A stretch of DNA of 64,000 nucleotides from Opitutia bacterium (lineage in GTDB: Bacteria; Verrucomicrobiota; Verrucomicrobiia; Opitutales; Opitutaceae): the NCBI GenBank assembly GCA_947478395.1, contig CANJVR010000004.1, forward strand, positions 224,001 through 288,000, given 5' to 3'. Every line of letters starts with the position of its first letter. Positions within the stretch are counted from its first letter, which is position 1. The notes under the pieces were generated by a model. The model was not told the origin of the DNA. It saw only the letters and a program-made list of their open reading frames with translations, and searched no databases. Below, piece after piece: positions 19,439 to 29,983 of the stretch. The translations under genes were made by a program, and so were the position numbers.

Positions 19439-20806
19439 TCAGAGCGCCGCGAGGCGCGTGTCGGCGTCGCCGAAGCTTTTGTTCGGCAGGCCCATTCGCT
19501 CCATGATGCCGAGATAGAGGCTGCACAATTTCCGCCGCTCGTCGCCTTCGTCGATGTAGTTGAGCGCGCGACCTGTTTTCAGCGTGCCGCCGAGCCCGCC
19601 CACCGTGAGGACCGGGACCTTCCGGTTGTCGTGTCCGGTGCCGGACCACATGTTCGAAATAAACATGAGGCACGTGTTATCGAGGACGCTGCCTTCCCCT
19701 TCGCGCATCGCGTCGAGCCGCTGCGCCAGATATGCGAGCTGACTTACGTGAAAGCGCGAAATGGCTTCGTAGTCGTCCGACGAGGAATTGTGCGAGGCGC
19801 CGTGGTGCGGCTCTTTTACGCCGAGAAAGGGATAGTAGAGCGCCGAGAGATCGCGGGCGAGCAGGAGGGTGGCGACGCGTGTTTTGTCGGTTTGAAACGC
19901 GAGCGCGATGATGTCGCACATCAGGCGGGCATGCTCGCGCAGATCCTCTGGCAGTCCGTTGTCGGGCCGCTTCATCGCTAGGATCGGCTGCGATTTGCCT
20001 TCCGCGCGGTCTTCCGCGCTGGCCTTGTGCGCGCGCATCCGATCGATGTTCCGCTCCACGTCGCGCACGCTGGAGAGATATTCGTCGAGCTTGTTCTTGT
20101 CGGTGGCGCTGATCTTGCGGCTCAGCTTCACGGCGTGTTCTTGCACGCGGTCGAGGACGCTGGTGTTGCGCAGGCTGCCGCCGTTTTCGAAGAGGCTGTC
20201 GAAGGCCAGCGATGGATACACCTCGTTGGGCATGGGCGAATCCGGATTCTGCCAGGAGATGTGCGAGCTGTAGGCGTTGGAGAAATTCGACTCGTGATAG
20301 CCGCTCATGGGCTGCTCGCAGGCCAGCACCAGGCTGGGCTGCAACATCTCCTTGCCGACGTGATTTGCGATCATCTGGTCGACCGTAATGCCGCCGTGCA
20401 TGATCGCGCCTTTTTGAATTTGCGCGCCCGAGAGCAGCTGGCCGGTCATCGCGGGGTGGATGCCCTGACCGGTGGCCTTCTGGTTGAACAGACCGTGGAT
20501 GACGTTGACCTTCGACTTGAGCGGCTCGAGCGGAGCGAGCGTCTTGCTGAGACGCATCGTCGCGCCGGATCCCTCGGCCGACCAGTTGTTGGGGCTGATC
20601 CCGTTGCCCATGAAGAACACGCCGAAACGCTGGGGCAACGCCTGCGCTGCGCCGGGCGCGGCCTCGGCCGCGGCGGCCGAGCTCACGCCCAAGCCGGAAA
20701 GAGATTCCAGCCACGGCAAGGCCATCGTGACGCCGACGCCGCGGAGGAAAGTTCGGCGGGGCAGGGCGCGGCCCGGAACGTGTAGGGCAGGTGTGGTTTT
20801 GCTCAT
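19439..20806 (-). CDS. DUF1552 (HxxSHH) family protein with Tat signal
   Basis: PRRTFLRG, TVDQMIA, DKNKLDEYLSSVRDVE, ALAFQTDKTRVAT, HHGASHN. Confidence 0.88.
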   Translation of the reverse strand: MSKTTPALHVPGRALPRRTFLRGVGVTMALPWLESLSGLGVSSAAAAEAAPGAAQALPQRFGVFFMGNGISPNNWSAEGSGATMRLSKTLAPLEPLKSKVNVIHGLFNQKATGQGIHPAMTGQLLSGAQIQKGAIMHGGITVDQMIANHVGKEMLQPSLVLACEQPMSGYHESNFSNAYSSHISWQNPDSPMPNEVYPSLAFDSLFENGGSLRNTSVLDRVQEHAVKLSRKISATDKNKLDEYLSSVRDVERNIDRMRAHKASAEDRAEGKSQPILAMKRPDNGLPEDLREHARLMCDIIALAFQTDKTRVATLLLARDLSALYYPFLGVKEPHHGASHNSSSDDYEAISRFHVSQLAYLAQRLDAMREGEGSVLDNTCLMFISNMWSGTGHDNRKVPVLTVGGLGGTLKTGRALNYIDEGDERRKLCSLYLGIMERMGLPNKSFGDADTRLAAL

Positions 20807-23800
20807 GGCGATTGCGATGCGAGGGTTTCGCGACCTCGCTTGGTTAGGAATTGCGGACTCGTGACGATGGACTTGATCAGATTTTCGGAGCGGTAGCCGT
20901 CGGCCGCCAGTCGCTGCCGCATCTCCTGCACCAGCGGGCCGTCGGTGAGAATCAGGCTGCGGCCGAGGGCGTAGGCGAGAAGCTTGCGGCACAGATTGTC
21001 GGTAAAATCGTCCTGGCGCTTCTCGCGCAGGTAGCGCCGCAAGCCTTCCACCCCGGCGCCTTCGGCGCCGCCCGGGAAAGTCGCGTGGATTTCGACCGTG
21101 CGTCCCGCCAGGTCCTTTTGACGGGCCAGGCCCACGGGATCGAATCCCTCGAACACGAGCCCGAACGAATCGAAACGGGCGTGGCAGCCGGCACACGCGG
21201 GATCCGCGCGGTGCCGCGCCAGCATCTCGCGCAGCGGCAGCTCAAGTTTGGTCTCGTCTTGCGGCAGCTGAGGCACGGTCGGAGGCGGGGGAGGGATCCG
21301 ATCGCCGAGAATGGCTTTCGCGACCCAATAGCCGCGCTTCACGGGACTCGTGCGCAGACCGGGCGCATTTTTAGTCAGGAAAACCGCCATCGGCAGGAGG
21401 CCGCCCCGGCCGTACGGCGTCGCATCCGCGATGCGGACCCATTCGTCGGGCGCGGCCGCGACGCCGCGTATGCCGTAGTGCTTTGCGAGCACGGGATTCA
21501 CGAAGGTGTCCCGCGCAAAGAGAAAATCGAGGACCGACCGGTTATGTTGAAACACATCCGCCGCGAAACGCACCGGCTCCTCGAACATCGCCTGCCGTAG
21601 CTCGGGGGTGAAGACCGGGTAGCGCTCCAGGTCCACCGTGTTGGTCTCTTCGAACCGACGAAACTCGAGCCAGTTTCCGCCGAACTCGACCGCCAGCGCA
21701 CGACTGCGCGGATCGTGCAGCATGCGCAGGGCCTGGGCCTCGATGACCGCGGGTTGATGCAGATCGCCGCGCGTGGCATGCGCGAGCAGCTCCGCGTCCG
21801 GCACGCTTGACCAGAGAAAATAGCTGAGCCGGCTGGCGAGATCGTAGTCCGACATCGGCTGAATCCCGGTGCCGTCCCGCGCGAGATCAGCGCGGTAGTT
21901 GAAATTCGGTGACAGCAGGATCAACACGACCGACTCGCGCAGAGCCGTCTCGTGGTCGAGTCCGTTCCGTTCCCGCGCCATCCGATAGAAACCCAGCAGG
22001 TCTTCGCGCTCCTCGGCGTCCAGTGGTCGCCGGTAAGCCCGTGCCGCGAAGTCCAGCAGGGCGTCGAGGTGACTCGGCTCAGCCGTCACGCGGGTGCGCT
22101 CCACCCAACGGATGCCGGTGTCCGTGAGGTCGAAATAGTGCTTGATCGCCGCGATGGCCTCGTCGTCGCCATTGGTCACTCGCGCCAGGTAGTCGGCCTC
22201 GAGTTTCCGGAGCACGGGGGTGGACGCGATCTGCACATCGTTAATGTGGGTGTCGAAAGAAATACCGGGTTCCTTATCGCGAAAGCTCTCGCGCGCGCCG
22301 CGGGTGCCGCTCACGGCGAACTGGACAAAACCGCGACTGTTCGCCCCGGCGATAAAATCAAACCCGCGCCACATCTCATCGAGTGTCGCCTGTTGCTGGG
22401 CATCGAGGAGCAGCTCATAGAGCGGCCAATCGTCGCGGAAGTAACCGAGGACATTGTGATAGCCCGCACTCAAGAAGCGCGCCTCGTCCCGGCCGGTGTA
22501 GAAATAGTTTCGCCCGCGCTCTTCACGGTAGAACATGTCGGGAAATACGCTGGCAAACCGCGTCCACGCCGCCTCGTAGCGGGCGCGCTCGCCGGCCGGA
22601 ACGAAAAGATCGCGGTCGTCCGGCGGGTTTTTCACGAGGATGGTTTGTCCGGGACCAAACTGGTTGCCGCCCTCGACGCGGACGCGGCCCACGCTCGGAC
22701 GCGGCGGTTCATCCTTCACCTGCAACTGCTCGGGATCGAACGTCCGCCGATTTTTCGCGTACTGTTCGTTTTTCCAATTGAGGAACGGCAGCCACTCGGT
22801 GCCGGGTTCGCCCGCGTTGAGGTTGAGAAAGCGGCGCTCCACTTTTTTTCGGACGTCGACGACGTAGGCGCGCATGGCTTCGCAGTCGGCACGAGGCGAC
22901 GAGGCGTTACCCGGCTGCGGCGCGGGCAACGCGCGCCACAGTGATTGCAGCTTCGCCAACGGCCCCACCTCTTCCGGTTGCGTTAGGACCGACTGGATCG
23001 TCGCGAGGTATTTTTCGCTGACGTGATTCTCGCGCGCGCAATCGGCGAGGGTCTGGTTGGGCCGGCCGAGCGCGGCGCGATGCTGAAAGCGCCACGCGGC
23101 CTGAAAATAGTCGGCGTAGTCGATGTTTTGCCGCCGATAAAAATCGATGATCTGCTGGACGCAGAACTTGTCGCGATCGCTCTCCGAAATCATCGGATGC
23201 GGCGCGAAACCAAAACCCTGCTCGCGCAAGTAAAGGTGGCTGGCGACTTCGCGCGTGGCCTGCAGATATTTGTTCAGCAGCGCGGGCGACATGGTGAGCG
23301 ATTCGCCGGAGTTGTCGAAGCCGGCCATGTTCGACGGGTCGACGGGGAACTCGCGTGCCGGCTTGATATCGGCCCCGGTCAGGTCGCGGACCGAGTAGTC
23401 GAACTCTGCGTTGCTCAGCCGCCGGGCGAGCACATTTCCGGGATCGCCCGCGTAGCGGCTAATCTGATCTTGCTGCACGGCTCTGAACCAAGCGACGGCC
23501 TCCTGCCGCGCGGCGGCGCTGGGTTGTCGCTTGGCGTCAGCCGGGGGCATCTCCTCTGTCGCCATTCGCTCCAACATGGTGCTCCAGCGCGCGCCGTCTT
23601 TGAGCAACGCTGACATCGTCGTCATCGCACTCATGTCGAATTCTGCCTCCGGCGTCTTGCCGCCGTGGCAGGTGACACAATAGGTCGTCAGGAAAGGCTG
23701 CACCTTCTGGTTGAATTGGCTTTCGAGCGCCGCGGCCGGCAGGTCCGCCGCGCGCGCCAGGACCATCGATCCGAAGCCGAGTAAGATTCCGAAGAAGTGG

Positions 23801-23814
23801 GCCGACGTCCGCAT
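20803..23814 (-). CDS. DUF1592/DUF1588/DUF1587/DUF1595/DUF1585 protein with two c-type heme motifs
   Basis: CVTCH, RRLSNAEF, LASRLSYFLWSS, TSPVKRGYWV, CAGCH; start uncertain (23814 chosen). Confidence 0.88.
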   Translation of the reverse strand: MRTSAHFFGILLGFGSMVLARAADLPAAALESQFNQKVQPFLTTYCVTCHGGKTPEAEFDMSAMTTMSALLKDGARWSTMLERMATEEMPPADAKRQPSAAARQEAVAWFRAVQQDQISRYAGDPGNVLARRLSNAEFDYSVRDLTGADIKPAREFPVDPSNMAGFDNSGESLTMSPALLNKYLQATREVASHLYLREQGFGFAPHPMISESDRDKFCVQQIIDFYRRQNIDYADYFQAAWRFQHRAALGRPNQTLADCARENHVSEKYLATIQSVLTQPEEVGPLAKLQSLWRALPAPQPGNASSPRADCEAMRAYVVDVRKKVERRFLNLNAGEPGTEWLPFLNWKNEQYAKNRRTFDPEQLQVKDEPPRPSVGRVRVEGGNQFGPGQTILVKNPPDDRDLFVPAGERARYEAAWTRFASVFPDMFYREERGRNYFYTGRDEARFLSAGYHNVLGYFRDDWPLYELLLDAQQQATLDEMWRGFDFIAGANSRGFVQFAVSGTRGARESFRDKEPGISFDTHINDVQIASTPVLRKLEADYLARVTNGDDEAIAAIKHYFDLTDTGIRWVERTRVTAEPSHLDALLDFAARAYRRPLDAEEREDLLGFYRMARERNGLDHETALRESVVLILLSPNFNYRADLARDGTGIQPMSDYDLASRLSYFLWSSVPDAELLAHATRGDLHQPAVIEAQALRMLHDPRSRALAVEFGGNWLEFRRFEETNTVDLERYPVFTPELRQAMFEEPVRFAADVFQHNRSVLDFLFARDTFVNPVLAKHYGIRGVAAAPDEWVRIADATPYGRGGLLPMAVFLTKNAPGLRTSPVKRGYWVAKAILGDRIPPPPPTVPQLPQDETKLELPLREMLARHRADPACAGCHARFDSFGLVFEGFDPVGLARQKDLAGRTVEIHATFPGGAEGAGVEGLRRYLREKRQDDFTDNLCRKLLAYALGRSLILTDGPLVQEMRQRLAADGYRSENLIKSIVTSPQFLTKRGRETLASQSP

Positions 23815-23907
23815 CGAAAATTGAGTCAGGGGTTGGGGTGGGAGCGGGGTCGCGCGAATCGTACGCATCAAAAGTATCTCGATGCGCGGATAGGTCAATT
23901 TACGGTA

Positions 23908-24906
23908 TCACTGCACGGTCAGACCGGATTGCGATGCGCTTTCGAGCCGTTGCAGTTCGTTGGCCGAGAGGCGGACTTGGGTGGCTTGCGCGCTGTTCTC
24001 GAGTTGCGCGAGGGTGCGGCAGCCGATGATCGGGAACACCGGATACGGCCGTGAAAGGAGATAACCGAGCACGATGGCGCTTGGCGCCACGCCTTTGGCG
24101 GTCGCGAGTTCGACGACAATCTGGGCCGCGGCCACATTGGGCGGCGTGTTGAAATCGTGCCGCTCGAAATTAGCCGGCCGTTCCGGCAGTGGCAGCGCGA
24201 ATTTCGAAAAGAACCCGTTGGCTTGCGAGGTATAGGGTACGACGGGCAGGCGGGTTTCGTGGTGAAACTGATCCAGTTCCCGATCGAATTTCACGAAGCC
24301 GGAGTATGGCGGCGGACGCGATTGCGCGACGCCGAGGCACCAGAATGGCTGGTCCGCGCCGAACCCGAGCTGTCCGGTTTCCCGGGCGTAGGCATTGGCG
24401 GCGCGCAGTCGGGCGGCAGTCCAGTTCGACGCGCCGAATACCCGCACCTTTCCCTCGCGCACAAACGTGTTTAGCAAATCGATGTAGTGCCCGACCGGGC
24501 GCGTGGGATCGTCGCGGTGGAGCCAGTAGAGATCGATCGTCTCCAATCCTAGCGAGCGGAGGCTGCCCTCCAAGTCGGCGCGAATTTCCGCCGCGCCGGT
24601 TCTGGGCTGATCGAGTGACTGGAGCGAGGGATGCGCCCCCTTGGTCGAGATCACGAGCGTATCACGCCGACCGTGCGACTTGATCCAGTCGCCCAAGACA
24701 CGTTCGCTGCGGCTCGTTTCGCCGGGAACCCAGTCCGAATAAATGCGCGCGGTATCGATAAAGTTTCCGCCCAGCTCTGCGAACCGGTCGAGCAACGCAA
24801 ACGTGGCCCGTTCATCGAGCTCATTGCCAAAAAAAACGCCGCCCAGACACACCATCGAAGCGTTGAGCGGGATGCCGGGCAGACTGCAGGTTGGGATACG
24901 GGTCAT
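23908..24906 (-). CDS. Aldo/keto reductase
   Basis: GGNFIDTARIY, SERVLGDW, ISTKG, IDLYWLHRDD, GASNW, PIIG. Confidence 0.92.
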   Translation of the reverse strand: MTRIPTCSLPGIPLNASMVCLGGVFFGNELDERATFALLDRFAELGGNFIDTARIYSDWVPGETSRSERVLGDWIKSHGRRDTLVISTKGAHPSLQSLDQPRTGAAEIRADLEGSLRSLGLETIDLYWLHRDDPTRPVGHYIDLLNTFVREGKVRVFGASNWTAARLRAANAYARETGQLGFGADQPFWCLGVAQSRPPPYSGFVKFDRELDQFHHETRLPVVPYTSQANGFFSKFALPLPERPANFERHDFNTPPNVAAAQIVVELATAKGVAPSAIVLGYLLSRPYPVFPIIGCRTLAQLENSAQATQVRLSANELQRLESASQSGLTVQ

Positions 24907-25353
24907 GGGGTTGGAAAATTGATGACGGGGCCATTCGACGGTGAGCGACCGGGCGGTCGAAAACCACGATATGGGGTGCGTTGGTGCCTTTGGGAAAGGC
25001 GACCGATCGAGGAGGCAGACGCACCACTTTAGGGCGCGTTGCAAAGCATTTCGTCGGCTAAATCCCAGCCGAATCGCGCTGCGCAGGCCTTAACGTTTTA
25101 AAGGGCACGGACTTTCCGCAAGCGTTGGCGCGCGACACGGCGACCGATTTACACTGTCCGGAAAATGCTTCACCGCGCGCGCGGGTTTCGACTCGCGCCC
25201 AATGGAATTGAAGCTTCTGTTTAGGTGCGTTCACTCATTGCCCCGGAGGGTTTGCCGTCTGAAGCCTGAAGCAGATTTCGGCCGTCCCTTTCAGGTGCGA
25301 CGGCTTGAAAGCATTCACCCCACTGCTCTGAAACCCCAGGAGAAGGAAATCCC

Positions 25354-26631
25354 ATGAATAGGCGTCGTTTCATTCTTAAATCCTTCGGCGCTGCGCTCGC
25401 ACTGCCGTCGCTTCCGTCGCTCCTGGCCAGTGCCGTGGGCGGCAGTTCCACGGTTCAGTTCGCTAAGGGTGCGGGGGCTGGTTCACGTCGCTTTGTCGCG
25501 ATCGGAAATCTCCTCGGGTATCAGGTGAAGCACATGTTCCCTGAGACAACTGGTTCCGCCTACGAGCAGACCACGCTGCTCAAGCCGCTCTGGGAAAATC
25601 GCAAGAACCTGACGGTTTACCGCGGGCTGGACCACGGCATCAAGGGCGGCCACTTCGCGGTCCACTCCTTCCTCTCGGGCGTCCTCAATTCGGAGGCGCA
25701 AGCCCGGCCGCTTGGCAATGTCACCATCGACCAGTTTATGGCCGATGAGATCGGCCACCAGACGCGCTTCCCCTCGCTCACCGTCGGCTCGGAGAGCGGC
25801 ATCCACGGCGGCTGCCAGATCGCGTGGACCAAGGCAGGCGTGCGCGTGCCGCCGATCTCGGGTCCGGCGGAGTTGTTCGACCGGCTCTTCGTCAGCGACT
25901 CGCAGGAGCGTCTGGCGCGCCGCAACCAGGAAAACCATCTCCAGTCCTCGATCCTCGATACGGTGCTCGGCGAAGCGAACAGCCTCTCCAAGCGCGTCAA
26001 TCGCGAGGACAAGGACAAGCTCGACGAGTACTTCACCTCGATTCGCGACGTGGAGAAGCGTCTCGAGCTCCGTCAGCGCTGGACCAGCCTGCCCAAGCCG
26101 GAGGCACCCTTCGAGCGGCCCGAGAACAAGAACCGGGTCGAGGATATGCCGATGCTCTATGAGCTGATCGCACTGGCACTGCAGACCGACTCGACGCGTA
26201 TCGCTACGCTGGAAATCGGCGGCGATTACAATCCGACTCACCTCGGCATCTCAAAGTCCCACCACACTCTCTCGCACCACAATAACGACGAGGAGTCGAT
26301 CAAGCTGCTCGTTAAGCTCGAGACGTACCAGATCGAGCAGTTCAACAAATTCGTCAGCCGCCTCTCCAAAATGGACGATGGTGACCGGACCCTGCTCGAT
26401 TCGACGTCGGTGCTGTTTGGCAGTGGTATCGGCGACGCGAACGCGCACAAGAACGCCGACCTGCCCATCATCCTTGCCGGCGGCGGCTACCGGCATGGCG
26501 AGTTTAAGAAGCTCCCAGCCTCAGGCGCGAACAAGGTGCCGCTGTGCAATCTCTACGTCGATATCGCCCAGCGCATGGGCGTGGAGACCGACTCCTTCGG
26601 CAACAGCACGGGCCGCTTCGGCCTCGCCTAA
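25354..26631 (+). CDS. DUF1552 (HxxSHH) family protein with Tat signal
   Basis: MNRRRFIL, TIDQFMA, DKDKLDEYFTSIRDVEKR, ALALQTDSTRIAT, HHTLSHH. Confidence 0.9.
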   Translation: MNRRRFILKSFGAALALPSLPSLLASAVGGSSTVQFAKGAGAGSRRFVAIGNLLGYQVKHMFPETTGSAYEQTTLLKPLWENRKNLTVYRGLDHGIKGGHFAVHSFLSGVLNSEAQARPLGNVTIDQFMADEIGHQTRFPSLTVGSESGIHGGCQIAWTKAGVRVPPISGPAELFDRLFVSDSQERLARRNQENHLQSSILDTVLGEANSLSKRVNREDKDKLDEYFTSIRDVEKRLELRQRWTSLPKPEAPFERPENKNRVEDMPMLYELIALALQTDSTRIATLEIGGDYNPTHLGISKSHHTLSHHNNDEESIKLLVKLETYQIEQFNKFVSRLSKMDDGDRTLLDSTSVLFGSGIGDANAHKNADLPIILAGGGYRHGEFKKLPASGANKVPLCNLYVDIAQRMGVETDSFGNSTGRFGLA

Positions 26632-26672
26632 GTTCGGGTTGCGGAATCTTTGTTCGCCGATGGGTGCCCATC

Positions 26673-26738
26673 GTAGGTCGGGCTTTACGCCCGCCATTTT
26701 TTCACGGTTCAAGATGTCGGGCGTAAAGCCCGACCTGC
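26673..26738. repeat. GTAG-type REP doublet, second family
   Basis: GTAGGTCGGGCTTTACGCCCGCC ... GTCGGGCGTAAAGCCCGACCTGC inverted pair. Confidence 0.8.
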
Positions 26739-26748
26739 ATCAAGCCAC

Positions 26749-29292
26749 ATGAAACTGACCTTTCGCCACACCGCTCTCTGGTTCGCGCTCACCGCAGCTT
26801 GCGCTCAGGCGGCCGAATCGGCCGCGCAGGAGACATTTTCCCATTTCGCGAGCAAGTATTGTCTGAAGTGTCACGATGTCGCGACGCAGAAGGGCGATCG
26901 CGAGTTCGAGAGCTTCAAGTTCCCGCTGGGTACCGCGGCGGAGCTGATCGCCGCCAAGGATATCGTTGACCAGCTCACCCTCGGGGAAATGCCTCCGGCG
27001 AAGGAGAAGGTGCAGCCGACCGAGGCCGAGCGGCTCGCCGTCATCCGTGCCCTGCGCCAGGGCATCGCGTCCGCACGTGGGAAGATCGAGAGCAGCGGCG
27101 CGCGCACCGTCATGCGGCGCCTGTCGAATCGCGAGTACGAGGCCACGATCGCCACGCTCTTTGGCCGCCGGGTGGACACGCTCGGCCTCACGGCCGAATT
27201 TCCGAAGGAGAAAGCGAGCGAGCACATCGACACCGTCGGAAAGTCGCTCATCACGTCCGGCTTCCTGCTGGATCAGTATTTCCAGTCCGCCAACCGTCTG
27301 GTCGAGGCGCGTTTGGGCAAGCCCGCGATGGAGCCGAAGTCCTGGCTCTTCAACAGCAACTTCCGGCAGTATGAGGAGCTGGCAGGGCCGAATCGCGCCG
27401 CCTTCGACAACCGCTATCTCTGCATCTACGAGCAGCCCAATAGCGACACGCGCCAGGGCAGCTACGGGCACATCGAGGATTTTCTGCAGGGCGTGCCGGT
27501 CGCCGGGCTCTACGATATCGACATCGAGGCGTTGGCGATGAATCGCGACACGCATTACGACCCGGCTATCTTCGGCATCGATTTTTCCGAGCCCTTCATC
27601 CTCGGCGTCGTGACGGGCGACGCTAGCAAGAACCACATCCACTATCCCCAGGCGATCGAGCCGATCCTCGGGCAGGGTGTGGTGCCCGACGACAAGCCGG
27701 GCAGGCTCAAGTTTCGCATTTGGCTCGAGGCCGGGCAGACGCCCCGCTTCATCTTCCCCAACGGGCCCTACGAGTCGCGCGCCGCCGTCCTTCAGGTCAA
27801 CAAGCGCTACGCCTCCGACTTCGGCGGTAAATTCGCCAAGGCAGGCGTCGTCCGCACGCACCTCATCTCGGAGGGCGGTAAGCTCCCGTTTATCCGCATC
27901 AGCGAAATCAAGCTCGACGGCCCGGTCTCCGAGCCGAGCGGCACCGCGGAGGAGATTGCGGTGTTTGGTCCGGGCGGTTTCCAGCCGGCGAAAGCGCTCG
28001 ACCAGCTCTACGCCTTCGGCGCCCGTGCCTACCGGCGCCCGCTGACGGCAGCCGACCGCGTCACGATCAAGAAGGTCTATGAGCTGCGAGTCGCCGAAAA
28101 GGCCACGCCACGCCAGGCGGCCCTCGACACCCTGAAGATGATCCTGTGCTCGCCGTCGTTTCTGTATTTCGCGGAAATCACCGAAGAGAACAAGCCGCAG
28201 CTCGCGCCCTACGATCTCGCCTCGCGCCTCGCCTACGCACTTTGGGGAGCTCCGCCCGACGAGCCATTGCTCGCCGCCGCCGCCTCGAAGAAATTGACTG
28301 CGCCCGCGGAGCTCAAGAAGCAGGCCACGCGCATGCTGGCCGACGAGCGCGCGACCGGCTTCGTCAACGCCTTTCTCGATAGCTGGCTGAATCTGCGCGA
28401 TCTCGGTAGCCAGCCCCCGGCCCGGGAAGCGGCGCGGGTCTACTACGCCGAAAACCTCCCCGAGGCGATGAAGACGGAGGTGCGCCTGTTCTTCCGCGAT
28501 CTCGTGGCCACCAATGGCTCGGTGCAGCGTTTTCTCGATGCCGATTACACCTTCGTCGATAAGCGGCTAGCCAGGCTCTACAATCTGCCCGAGGCGAAAA
28601 CCATGCGCATCGCTGATGGCTTCCAGCGCGTGAATATCGCGGGCAATCGCCAGCGCGGCGGCCTGCTTGGCATGGGTGCCGTGCTCACCGTCAGCGCCAA
28701 CGGCGTCGAGACCTCCCCCGTCACGCGCGGCGTCTGGGTTTCGGAAAATATCCTCGGCATCAAGCCGCCCCCGCCGCCCGACGTCGTGCCCGCCATCGAA
28801 ACCGACCTCACCGGCGCCACGACCCTCCGCGAGCGCCTCGCCAAGCACCGGGCCGACCCCGCCTGCGCCGAGTGCCATCGCAAGATCGACCCGCTCGGCT
28901 TTGGCCTGGAGACCTTCGATCCTATCGGTCGCTGGCGCGACACCTACGCCAAGTTCAAGGACCCCACCACGCGGCTCCGGGAAGCGGAGGAGGCGGAGGA
29001 AGTGGCCAAGGGGGAACCGCCCGCCCTCACGATCGATCCCCACGGCGAGTTCGCGTCCGGCGAGACCTACGCCGACTTCAACGACCTCAAGCGCATCCTC
29101 GCCACGAGTCGGACAGACGTTTTTACCCGCCACCTCATCGAGCAGTTTCTCAGCTACGCCGCCGGCCGCCACATGGAGCCGATTGACGAATTCGTGATCG
29201 AAGACATTTTTCAGGCGGTGAAAAAAGACGGCTACGGCCTCCGGACGCTCATCGTTGAGTCACTCGCCAGCGAGATTGTCCGGTCGCGGTAA
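26749..29292 (+). CDS. DUF1592/DUF1588/DUF1587/DUF1595/DUF1585 protein with two c-type heme motifs
   Basis: Signal peptide, CLKCH, RRLSNREY, LASRLAYALW, TSPVTRGVWV, CAECHRKIDPLGF. Confidence 0.9.
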   Translation: MKLTFRHTALWFALTAACAQAAESAAQETFSHFASKYCLKCHDVATQKGDREFESFKFPLGTAAELIAAKDIVDQLTLGEMPPAKEKVQPTEAERLAVIRALRQGIASARGKIESSGARTVMRRLSNREYEATIATLFGRRVDTLGLTAEFPKEKASEHIDTVGKSLITSGFLLDQYFQSANRLVEARLGKPAMEPKSWLFNSNFRQYEELAGPNRAAFDNRYLCIYEQPNSDTRQGSYGHIEDFLQGVPVAGLYDIDIEALAMNRDTHYDPAIFGIDFSEPFILGVVTGDASKNHIHYPQAIEPILGQGVVPDDKPGRLKFRIWLEAGQTPRFIFPNGPYESRAAVLQVNKRYASDFGGKFAKAGVVRTHLISEGGKLPFIRISEIKLDGPVSEPSGTAEEIAVFGPGGFQPAKALDQLYAFGARAYRRPLTAADRVTIKKVYELRVAEKATPRQAALDTLKMILCSPSFLYFAEITEENKPQLAPYDLASRLAYALWGAPPDEPLLAAAASKKLTAPAELKKQATRMLADERATGFVNAFLDSWLNLRDLGSQPPAREAARVYYAENLPEAMKTEVRLFFRDLVATNGSVQRFLDADYTFVDKRLARLYNLPEAKTMRIADGFQRVNIAGNRQRGGLLGMGAVLTVSANGVETSPVTRGVWVSENILGIKPPPPPDVVPAIETDLTGATTLRERLAKHRADPACAECHRKIDPLGFGLETFDPIGRWRDTYAKFKDPTTRLREAEEAEEVAKGEPPALTIDPHGEFASGETYADFNDLKRILATSRTDVFTRHLIEQFLSYAAGRHMEPIDEFVIEDIFQAVKKDGYGLRTLIVESLASEIVRSR

Positions 29293-29983
29293 TTGAGGGC
29301 AAAACGCGACCGGCGCGTCGCGTCCCCAGTTTTATAGATCGGTTGCCGACGGGTGCCCGATCGGGAGCGCCGCCGCCCTCGTCGCTGTGGTCCGTGGTTT
29401 ATGATGCCGCCCGTTTGCCGCAATCCGAGCGGGTCGGGCGGCGAGAGCTGGAGTTTCGGCCTTCGTTCGCTCGCGTGGGTTCTCGGGATGAGAACGCGCG
29501 ACAATAGCCTGGTTAAAAATAAACGATTCGCGGTCTGACGCCGTGCAGGCCGACAGCTCTCCGACCCGCGGGTTTGGCGGCACCGGCTGCCGGCGGGCGA
29601 TATTCGGCCTGGTGGTCGATGGGATGGTAGGCATCCTCGGCGTCACCAGTGTGCCAGGCGGGGGGCTCGACCTTTGGCCTCGCCTGAGAATGGAGATGGA
29701 CCCGGATATTTATGCCGGCATTTCCCGCCTCGAAGCAGCCCACGGGGCGCGCCCGCCAGAGGTCGCAGCGGCAAAGCGGGTGGGAGAGCCGGCGGACGCT
29801 AGACCCTCCGTCCTGAAGGGACTCCACTCGACGAGGTTCAGGGCCCAAGCGTGATTCGGAAGGGTATCGGTGTTGGGCCTGAGCCGGGGGGCGTTTCGGA
29901 TCGCGGGCTGAAGCTTTTGCACTCCACCCATCTCGCGCATTTCTCCTTTGCCCCGCCGTGTCTTTGCGCGAACTTACCGTTTC

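Noticed and set aside
25240..25335. Glycine riboswitch
   Set aside because: Only scattered GAAG/TCAGG words; conserved GGAGA and CCGAAG core arrangement missing
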